From Minisyncoccota bacterium (GTDB lineage Bacteria > Patescibacteriota > Minisyncoccia > Minisyncoccales > CG1-02-41-26): 30,829 bases of DNA. The stretch covers positions 1-30,829 of the forward strand of contig JAQURU010000001.1 of NCBI GenBank assembly GCA_028715435.1, in the 5' to 3' direction. Positions 23,665 through 30,829 of the stretch are shown here, one piece after another; position 1 is the stretch's first letter; each line of letters begins with the position of its first letter. Under the pieces are notes generated by a model. That model worked only from the letters and a program-made list of their open reading frames with translations, made no database searches and was not told where the DNA came from. The translations under genes were made by a program, and so were the position numbers.

Positions 23665-23688
23665 TTCTATTTTATTAAATTTAAATTT

Positions 23689-23997
23689 ATGAGTGAACTA
23701 TCTTTGGTTTTGCAAAAAGAACAGGAAATAAAAGAAAAAATAGAGGCTGCCAAAAAAGAAGCGGATTTAATTTTACAGGAGAAAAAAGCTCAATTAGAAA
23801 AAAAGCTTGGCAGTGTTTCGTTAAAATCCAACAAAGCTGAACAATTAAGGCTTGTGAAAGAAGAAAAATTCCAAGCCTTAGAAACATTATTTCAAGAAAA
23901 AAACAGGAAGGCGCTTAATGAGTTATCGGAAATTAAAAAAGCAAAGTTTAATACAGCTGTTAATTATTTAACAGAAAAGATTTTATGCTTAAAATAG
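23689..23997 (+). CDS. V/A-type ATPase peripheral stalk subunit H/G
   Basis: Charged coiled coil (EQEIKEKIEAAKKEADLIL), first gene of the operon. ATG 23689 is preferred over the ORF-track start. Confidence 0.75.
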   Translation: MSELSLVLQKEQEIKEKIEAAKKEADLILQEKKAQLEKKLGSVSLKSNKAEQLRLVKEEKFQALETLFQEKNRKALNELSEIKKAKFNTAVNYLTEKILCLK

Positions 23998-25907
23998 CCA
24001 AAAAGTATATTTTAGCTTTCCCCAAAGAAGACCAAGGCAAAATATCAGCCGTTATTGCAAAAGCTGGTTGTTTTGAGATTATTGAAACCAGCAAGGAAAT
24101 TCAAGAGGAGAATATTTTGAAAAACTTACAGGAAACAGATTATAAATTAGCCACTATGGACTTTGCCATTAGCTACTTAACCTCTTTTGCTAAAAAGGTT
24201 TCTTTTGCTTCTAAACTTAGCAATTCTAAAAAATTAATTAGCGCTTCCTCTTTAAGCCAATCTGAACAGAAAAGCATTTTCCAAACAGCTAAAAGAATAG
24301 AAAAAATTGAGAAAAAATTAGATATCTTAAAAAAAGAAGAAAAGAATGCTCAAGAAGGTTTTATGGAACTTGAAAAGTTTAATGGTTTGTTATTTGCGCC
24401 CCAGGATACTGACCTAACTTTTTTCTTAGTAGTGGCAGTGGCTAACACTCAAAAAGAGAAATTTGAACTTTTAGTAACAGAGCATCAATTGTTTCAAAAA
24501 TTTTTAAGCGAGTTTCAATCAAAGCAAACTTATTTAATAGTTGGGCTAAAAGAAAACAAAGAGCAGGTTATTTCAGCTATTAAAGCCCAAAAAGGCGAGG
24601 TTGTTGTTTATAATTTTGAACAAACCCCGCATCAAGAAAGAGCTTTACTTCAAGCTAAAGTTGAAGAAACTGTTAACACAATAAAAGCATTGAAGCAAGA
24701 ACTTAGCTTAATGGCACAAGATATTGAAAAGTTTAAGCTTTATAGGGATATTTTAGAGCTTGAAAAAATAAATTGGGAGATAAAAAACAAAACACTATTA
24801 AAAGGAGTTTTAGATTATATTGTTTTTTGGGGATACGACAGAGAAACAAAAAAATTAAAAGAGGACCTTTCTTTGATTAATCAAGATGTTCAGTTAATAG
24901 AATCTTCCTTAGAAAAAGGAGAGGAGCCAAAAGTGGTTTTAGAAAACCATAAGCTAATCAGGCCCTTTCAATACGTTACTGAAATTTTTGGAATGCCCAA
25001 ACCAGGGGAAGTAGACCCAACTCCTTATTTAGCTTTTTTCTTTATATTATTCTTTGGAGTTTGTTTAACAGACGCTGGCTATGGAATTTTGCTTATGGCC
25101 TTTACTGTACTGCCTTTGCTTTTTTTAAAAAACATGTTTGGAGATACCAAGCTTTTAAAACTTCTTTTTTACGGAGGAGTTTCCACTTTTGTTTTAGGAA
25201 TTTTATTTGGCAGTTATTTTGGCGCATCTGCTGCCACTTTGCAAAAAATTCCCTTTCTTTACAAATTAAAGGCCATAGATCCCATTGAGGATACAGTTCT
25301 GTTTATGGGGCTTTCTTTTGGCATTGGATATCTGCAAGTGGCTTTTGCACAAGTAGTTAAAATGATTACAGGGCAAAAAGGAAAAAACAAAGAAATGTTT
25401 ATTAACGGCTTATCTTGGTTGATTTTTTATATTGCCTTGATCGTTTTTATAGGCGCTAAATTAAAATTACCCCAGCTTCAACTTACAGCTACAATTTTTT
25501 TAGTTGGGGCAATAGGATTTTTAATGATAGGGGAATCGTTTGGTCAGAAAATCTTTTTAAAACCGTTGGTTGGTGGCATAAAAATTTTACAAGGAATTAT
25601 TGGAACAATGTCAGATGTTCTATCTTACTCTCGATTAGTGGCATTGGGCCTCTCAACAGCCGTAATTGCTTTGATTGTGAACCAGATTGCTTTTTTATTG
25701 GGAAGTATGGTACCCTATGTGGGTTGGGTTTTAACGGTTTTGGTTTTGATTGGCGGGCATCTGTTCAACTTAGGGATTAATGCTTTAGGTTCTTTTATCC
25801 ATTCAGGCAGGTTGCAATTTGTGGAATTTTTCCCTAAATTTTTGGAAGGAGGAGGTAAAAGATTTAATCCAATAAGGCCAAATTTAAAATATAGTCGCAT
25901 TGAATAA
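23985..25907 (+). CDS. atpI: V/A-type ATPase subunit I (a)
   Basis: EVDPTP, FFGVCLTDAGYG, SDVLSYSRLVALGL, HSGRLQFVEFF. Confidence 0.95.
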   Translation: MLKIAKKYILAFPKEDQGKISAVIAKAGCFEIIETSKEIQEENILKNLQETDYKLATMDFAISYLTSFAKKVSFASKLSNSKKLISASSLSQSEQKSIFQTAKRIEKIEKKLDILKKEEKNAQEGFMELEKFNGLLFAPQDTDLTFFLVVAVANTQKEKFELLVTEHQLFQKFLSEFQSKQTYLIVGLKENKEQVISAIKAQKGEVVVYNFEQTPHQERALLQAKVEETVNTIKALKQELSLMAQDIEKFKLYRDILELEKINWEIKNKTLLKGVLDYIVFWGYDRETKKLKEDLSLINQDVQLIESSLEKGEEPKVVLENHKLIRPFQYVTEIFGMPKPGEVDPTPYLAFFFILFFGVCLTDAGYGILLMAFTVLPLLFLKNMFGDTKLLKLLFYGGVSTFVLGILFGSYFGASAATLQKIPFLYKLKAIDPIEDTVLFMGLSFGIGYLQVAFAQVVKMITGQKGKNKEMFINGLSWLIFYIALIVFIGAKLKLPQLQLTATIFLVGAIGFLMIGESFGQKIFLKPLVGGIKILQGIIGTMSDVLSYSRLVALGLSTAVIALIVNQIAFLLGSMVPYVGWVLTVLVLIGGHLFNLGINALGSFIHSGRLQFVEFFPKFLEGGGKRFNPIRPNLKYSRIE

Positions 25908-25917
25908 AAAAATAATG

Positions 25918-25978
25918 TTCAACTTTCAATTTTCAACTTTCAAATTAAAATCTTGAATCTTGAATCTTGAATCTTGAA
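25918..25978. repeat. Paired heptamer arrays (TTCAAnn x4, TCTTGAA x4)
   Basis: TTCAACT TTCAATT TTCAACT TTCAAAT, 5 nt, then TCTTGAA x4. Confidence 0.9.
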
Positions 25979-25987
25979 TCAAAAATT

Positions 25988-26458
25988 ATGATCGGTTTAT
26001 TTCTAGCAATAGCCGGAGCAGCATTATGCGTTGCTTTAGCTGGCATCGGCTCAATTATCGGCGTGGGCCGGGCTGGGCAAGCAGGTTCGGGAGTAGTTTC
26101 TGAAGAACCAGAAAAGTTTGGAAAGGTCTTGTTGCTTCAAGCATTGCCTTCCACCCAAGGCATTTACGGGTTTATTGGTACTTTTTGGGTTATTATTAAA
26201 CTCGGGCTTTTAGGCGGAAATGCGCCTGATATTGCCTGGCAAACTGGCTTGATGATTTTCGCTGCTTGTTTGCCTGTGGCTGTGAACGGTTTAATTTCAG
26301 GTATATTTCAATCCAAAGTTTCGGTTTCTGGCATGAATATTTTAGTTAAACAGCCCCAAGATGCAGGCAAGGGCGTAATTATGGCTGCTATGGTTGAAAC
26401 ATATGCAGTTTTAGGGCTTTTAGCTACTATTTTATTGATTCAAGGCATTAAAATTTAA
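25988..26458 (+). CDS. atpK: V/A-type ATPase subunit K (4-TM proteolipid, Na+-type signature)
   Basis: QALPSTQGIYG, IFQ, MVETYAVLG. True start is ATG 25988; the TTG start in the ORF track lies in the repeat. Confidence 0.95.
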   Translation: MIGLFLAIAGAALCVALAGIGSIIGVGRAGQAGSGVVSEEPEKFGKVLLLQALPSTQGIYGFIGTFWVIIKLGLLGGNAPDIAWQTGLMIFAACLPVAVNGLISGIFQSKVSVSGMNILVKQPQDAGKGVIMAAMVETYAVLGLLATILLIQGIKI

Positions 26459-26460
26459 TT

Positions 26461-27009
26461 ATGGTTGATAATATTTTAAAAGCCGTAGACAAGAAAGCCC
26501 ACGAGCAAGTTGCTAAGATTCTTCAAGAAAAAGAGAGGGCTATTTTAGCTTTAGAAGAGGAATACAGTTTTGCTATCAAAGCCAAAGAAAACCTGCAGGA
26601 AGAGTTAGAGCAAAGAAGAACTGTTAAAGAAGTTGAAGATTTTGAAAAAATGTTGGCCCTTAGGTTAAATTTCAAAATGCAGGAAGAAAAAAACAGTATT
26701 ATAAAAGCAGTATACCAAAAAGCCCAGGAAAACATTTCTAATCTTAATGATGCTGAATTTAAAAAACTCATCAAGCATTTGATTTCTTACGTGCCAAAAA
26801 ATTCAAAAGGCCGAATTGAAGCAGGGGAGAAAACAGCTAAAGTATTACATAGCTTTTTGAACAGCGAAATCAAGATAGAAGATGGCCTGCAAGAAGAGGG
26901 CTTCATTTTTAAGTCCCATGATATTGAGGTTGATTTAAGGATTTCGCAAGTTCTCTTTCAGTTGCAACAAACTGTTAACCCTGAATTAATTAAAATTCTT
27001 TTCTTGTGA
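26461..27009 (+). CDS. atpE: V/A-type ATPase subunit E
   Basis: Operon position, coiled coil followed by a globular C-terminus (EGFIFKSHDIEVDL). Confidence 0.8.
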   Translation: MVDNILKAVDKKAHEQVAKILQEKERAILALEEEYSFAIKAKENLQEELEQRRTVKEVEDFEKMLALRLNFKMQEEKNSIIKAVYQKAQENISNLNDAEFKKLIKHLISYVPKNSKGRIEAGEKTAKVLHSFLNSEIKIEDGLQEEGFIFKSHDIEVDLRISQVLFQLQQTVNPELIKILFL

Positions 27010-27013
27010 AAAC

Positions 27014-27970
27014 ATGTATGAATTTGCCACAGGAGTTATAAATGTTTGGGAAAAAAGGCTTTTGAGCATCAATGACCAGGAAAGAATGTTAAAAGCTCCA
27101 GATAGAGCGAGCGCTTTTATTGTTTTGTTTGACACTGACCTTGGAGAAATAATTGCTGGCAACATGCAAAAAAATCTTGAGGATATTTTTCTGGAGGATT
27201 TAAAAGCTCTAAAAAGAAAATTAAGTTATATTTTAGACGATAAAGAACTTTTAGAAAGTTTTTTACTTTTAAAATTTGATGCTTTTAATTTAAAGGCTTT
27301 CTTAAAAAAGAAGTTTTTAGGGGATGAGGCAAAAAAATTTAAACCTTTTGAATTTTCTCTAGAGCCAGCAGAAAATATTTTAACAGAAAAATGTTTGAAT
27401 CCACATGTTCAGAAGCTTGTTAATGAAGCGCTTCGGGCTCTAAACAATAATAAGGCGAGCGGCTATTTAATTAACTCTCAAGCAATTGAAGCAGCGGTTG
27501 ATAGAGCTTATTTCAATATAAAATCAACAATAGCTAAAAAAGAAAAAGCTTTATTGGAGATGGTTGCTTTGGAAATAGATGTGGCGAACTTAAGAAGTTT
27601 CCTGGGTAAAGAAATAGAACCGTTTTTAACAGGTGGAAACTTAACTGTTTCCCAAATCGAAAGCTTGGCTAACAGAAAAGAGGAAAATATCAGCAGCAAT
27701 TTAAAGAAGTTTTTAGAAGTTTTGGAGCTTTCTTTTTTACTTGACGAAAGCCAAAGCCACCACACAAAAGCTACATTAGAGAAAAAGCTTGATAGCTATA
27801 TTGCTAAAAAAATATTCCAAAAAGAAAAAGAGAAAGGAAGCGGCATTGAGAAAGTTTTAGCTTTTTTTCAAAGAAAGATGAATAGTTATGCCAACATAAG
27901 GTTGATCTTATTTGCTAAAGAAAACGGTTTGTCTGTTTCAGAAATTGAAGGTTCTCTTTTACCATTATGA
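27014..27970 (+). CDS. atpC: V/A-type ATPase subunit C (d)
   Basis: Operon position, YEFATGVINVWEKRLL, EIDVANL, NIRLILFAK. Confidence 0.8.
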   Translation: MYEFATGVINVWEKRLLSINDQERMLKAPDRASAFIVLFDTDLGEIIAGNMQKNLEDIFLEDLKALKRKLSYILDDKELLESFLLLKFDAFNLKAFLKKKFLGDEAKKFKPFEFSLEPAENILTEKCLNPHVQKLVNEALRALNNNKASGYLINSQAIEAAVDRAYFNIKSTIAKKEKALLEMVALEIDVANLRSFLGKEIEPFLTGGNLTVSQIESLANRKEENISSNLKKFLEVLELSFLLDESQSHHTKATLEKKLDSYIAKKIFQKEKEKGSGIEKVLAFFQRKMNSYANIRLILFAKENGLSVSEIEGSLLPL

Positions 27971-28278
27971 AGATAGGAATTTTAGGCAACAACAAATCAG
28001 TTTTGGCTTTTGGCGCTTTGGGTGTTGAAACTTTTGGCGTGTCTAATAAAGAAGAATTGCTTTTGGCAATTGAAAATATAAAAGCAAGTGAGCTGGCTAT
28101 TTTATTAATTAGTGAAGAAATTGCTCAAAGTTTTAATGCAGAAATACAAGGCCTTTTCCAGCAAACCCTGCCAGCTTGCCTGGTTATACCAGGCATTAAT
28201 AAAGATTCTTCAAAAGCGCGTGAAGGCCTTAAGAAAATTTTAGAACGGGCTTTGGGAAGTGAAAATTTTATAAACTAA
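27967..28278 (+). CDS. atpF: V/A-type ATPase subunit F
   Basis: MKIGILG..VLAFGALGV, ILLISE, LVIPG, ILERALG. Confidence 0.92.
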   Translation: MKIGILGNNKSVLAFGALGVETFGVSNKEELLLAIENIKASELAILLISEEIAQSFNAEIQGLFQQTLPACLVIPGINKDSSKAREGLKKILERALGSENFIN

Positions 28279-28302
28279 AAATTTTAAACATTTATTAAAT
28301 AT

Positions 28303-30063
28303 ATGGAGGAACAAAAAGAAAAAATAGGAAAAATTATAAAAGTAGCAGGGCCTTTAGTGGTGGCTAAAGGAATTGAAGATGCTCAAATGTATGAGGTGGT
28401 CAAGGTTGGCAATGAAAAAATTATTGGAGAAGTTATTAGAATAAAAGGCAATGATGTTTATATCCAAGTATATGAAGAAACATCAGGTATTGGCCCTGGA
28501 GAGCCGGTTTACTTAACGGGTGATCCTTTAACAGTTGAATTAGGGCCTGGTTTGATTGCTAATATTTACGATGGCATTCAAAGGCCACTGAAAGATTTAG
28601 CCAAAAAATCAGGAAATTTTATTGCTAGGGGCATTGAAAGCATGGCTTTGGACAAAGAAAAAGAATGGATTTTTGTTCCCCAAAAAAAAGAGGGTGATGA
28701 AATTGAGCCTGGCGACATTTTAGGAGAAGTGAAAGAAACTGAATTGTTAAGCCACAAAATTATGGCCCCTCCTTTTTTTAAAAAAGGCATTATAAGTTCA
28801 ATTGTTCCTAAGGGCAATTACACGATTTCTCAAACAATCGCTGAAGTAAAAACGGAAAGTAATAAAAAAATAAATATTTGCTTAAGTCATAAATGGCCCA
28901 TTAGAAACCCCAGGCCGATTAACAAAAAATTAACCCCTTCTTTAGGGTTAATAACTGGGCAAAGGGTTATTGATATGTTTTTTCCAATTGCCAAAGGGGG
29001 AGCGGGCTGTGTGCCAGGGCCTTTTGGGTCGGGTAAAACAGTGGTTCAGCACCAATTAGCAAAATGGTCGGATGCTGATGTGATTATTTTTGTTGGTTGC
29101 GGGGAAAGGGGAAATGAAATGACCGATTTGCTTATGGAGTTTCCTGAATTAAGCGACCCCAAAACCGGCCGGCCTTTAATGGAAAGAACTGTTTTGGTAG
29201 CCAACACTTCTAATATGCCTGTGGCGGCCCGCGAGGCCTCGGTTTACACAGGCATAACCATAGCTGAATATTTCAGGGATATGGGATATTCAGTGGTCTT
29301 GTTGGCTGATTCCACCTCAAGGTGGGCAGAAGCCTTAAGAGAAATTTCCGGCAGATTAGAAGAAATGCCAGGAGACGAGGGCTACCCAGCTTATCTTGGT
29401 TCTCGAACTGCGGCTTTTTATGAAAGGGCAGGATATGTACAATGCCTAGGACAAGATAAAAGAGAGGGATTTTTAACCGTTGTGGGGGCAGTTTCCCCTC
29501 CAGGGGGAGATTTATCAGAACCAGTTACTCAAAATACCCTAAGGGTAACCAAAGTTTTTTGGGCATTAGACGCTTCTTTAGCTTACAAGCGCCATTTTCC
29601 AGCTATCAATTGGTTAAACAGCTATTCTTTATACGAAGATAATTTAAAAGATTTTTTTGATAAGCAAGGCGGAGCAAACTTTACTGAATTTCGGAAAAAA
29701 GCAATGGCTATTTTGCAGAAAGAAGCTGAACTGCAAGAAATCGTCCGTTTAGTTGGCATTGAGGCCTTATCTCAAAAAGATCAGTTTTTGCTTGAAGTTA
29801 GCCGCATTATTAGAGAAGATTTATTGCATCAAAATGCTTTTTTGGATGTTGATTCTTTTACTTCTTTAAAAAAGCAATACTTAATGGTAAAAGCAATTAT
29901 TGACATTTTCAAAAAAGGCGAGGAAGCTATTAGCCAAGGGAAAACTGCTAAGGATATTTTAAGCCCGTCTTTAAAAGATAAAATTTCTAAAATGAAATTT
30001 ATCCAAGAACAGGGCATAGAGCAGTTTGTTTTGCTTACGCAGGAAATAGAGCAAATTATTTAA
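28303..30063 (+). CDS. atpA: V/A-type ATPase catalytic subunit A (no intein)
   Basis: [48 protein letters not shown]. Confidence 0.98.
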   Translation: MEEQKEKIGKIIKVAGPLVVAKGIEDAQMYEVVKVGNEKIIGEVIRIKGNDVYIQVYEETSGIGPGEPVYLTGDPLTVELGPGLIANIYDGIQRPLKDLAKKSGNFIARGIESMALDKEKEWIFVPQKKEGDEIEPGDILGEVKETELLSHKIMAPPFFKKGIISSIVPKGNYTISQTIAEVKTESNKKINICLSHKWPIRNPRPINKKLTPSLGLITGQRVIDMFFPIAKGGAGCVPGPFGSGKTVVQHQLAKWSDADVIIFVGCGERGNEMTDLLMEFPELSDPKTGRPLMERTVLVANTSNMPVAAREASVYTGITIAEYFRDMGYSVVLLADSTSRWAEALREISGRLEEMPGDEGYPAYLGSRTAAFYERAGYVQCLGQDKREGFLTVVGAVSPPGGDLSEPVTQNTLRVTKVFWALDASLAYKRHFPAINWLNSYSLYEDNLKDFFDKQGGANFTEFRKKAMAILQKEAELQEIVRLVGIEALSQKDQFLLEVSRIIREDLLHQNAFLDVDSFTSLKKQYLMVKAIIDIFKKGEEAISQGKTAKDILSPSLKDKISKMKFIQEQGIEQFVLLTQEIEQII

Positions 30064-30071
30064 TCAACTAT

Positions 30072-30829
30072 ATGTTAAAAACCTATAAAACAATTAAAGA
30101 GGCGGCAGGGCCTTTGGTGGTAGTTGAAGGAGTAGAGAATATCAAATATGAAGAAATGGTGGAAATTGAAATGCAAAACGGCCAAATAAAAAGAGGGCGG
30201 GTTTTGGAAGCATCAGAGGATACAGCAATTATTCAGGTGTTTGAAGATATCAGGGGCTTGAATTTAAGGGATTCCAAAGCTAAGTTTTTAGCTAAAACAA
30301 TGAAGTTGGGGGTTTCTTTTGATATGGTGGGCAGAATTTTTGATGGTGCGGGCAGGCCCAAAGATAACGGCCCAGAAATCATGGCAGAAAAATATTTAGA
30401 TATAAACGGTTCACCCATAAACCCGTTTTCCAGAGAATATCCTAATGACTTTATTCAAACTGGCATTTCCACTATTGATGGGCTTAACACTTTAGTTAGA
30501 GGGCAAAAGTTGCCTATTTTTTCAGCAGCAGGCCTGCCTCATGCTATGGTTGCTTCTCAAATTGCTAGGCAAGCTAAAGTTTTAACCAAAGCTGGGCTTA
30601 GCTCTGGCAAAAATGAAAAAGGAGAGGTTGAAAAATTTTCTGTGGTTTTTGGAGCCATGGGCATTACATTTGAAGAAGCCCAATTTTTTCTTGACGAATT
30701 TAAAAAAACCGGAGCCTTAGAAAAAGCAGTTGTTTTTATTAATTTAGCCAGCGATCCTGTGGTGGAAAGAATTACTTTGCCAAGAATTGCTCTAACAGCC
30801 GCTGAATTTTTAGCTTTTGAAAAAGACAC
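30072..30829 (+). CDS. atpB: V/A-type ATPase subunit B (3' truncated by the window edge)
   Basis: Read manually, absent from the ORF track: [20 protein letters not shown]...[29 protein letters not shown]...[14 protein letters not shown]. Confidence 0.97.
   Translation, partial: MLKTYKTIKEAAGPLVVVEGVENIKYEEMVEIEMQNGQIKRGRVLEASEDTAIIQVFEDIRGLNLRDSKAKFLAKTMKLGVSFDMVGRIFDGAGRPKDNGPEIMAEKYLDINGSPINPFSREYPNDFIQTGISTIDGLNTLVRGQKLPIFSAAGLPHAMVASQIARQAKVLTKAGLSSGKNEKGEVEKFSVVFGAMGITFEEAQFFLDEFKKTGALEKAVVFINLASDPVVERITLPRIALTAAEFLAFEKD

Noticed and set aside
1-30829. Alternative genetic code (TGA=Gly, as in Gracilibacteria/Absconditabacteria)
   Set aside because: Long genes are open under code 11, and atpE and atpC end in TGA at the expected places.
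1-30829. CRISPR array or cas genes
   Set aside because: No regularly spaced repeat-spacer array. The only Cas4-like motifs are in the primase fusion, with no other cas genes.
4263-30829. Remaining antisense or out-of-frame ORFs overlapping ftsI, rplU, recR, dnaB, cysS, dnaX, the HAD gene, the P-ATPase and the atp genes
   Set aside because: They are shadow ORFs of well-supported genes and show no recognisable motifs.

Overview
AT-rich bacterial chromosome segment. The gene set, reduced dcw cluster and style suggest Patescibacteria/CPR (Parcubacteria-like); this is inference. It uses the standard code, with TGA/TAA/TAG all acting as stops. Housekeeping backbone: 3' part of a DUF11-type surface protein gene, mraZ-rsmH-ftsL-like-ftsI, tRNA-Glu, rmuC, rplU, recR, dnaB, cysS, dnaX, an HTH+Fic/Doc pair, tRNA-Gln, a cN-III-like HAD nucleotidase, a matrixin, rarA, an atypical P1B ATPase and a Na+-type V/A-ATPase operon that runs off the right edge. 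Interleaved accessory islets hold small orphan ORFs. Two observations stand out. (1) Three consecutive, homologous 'promoter - short leader ORF - antiterminator/terminator' units (4390-6090) each gate orphan ORFs, which looks like a family of ribosome-dependent attenuators. (2) An 867-aa RecB/Cas4-like nuclease + CHC2 zinc finger + DnaG-type TOPRIM fusion lies divergent from dnaB, behind an exactly duplicated 34-bp promoter whose palindromic -35 is shared with dnaB. All motif calls and coordinates were read by eye, and no database searches were run.
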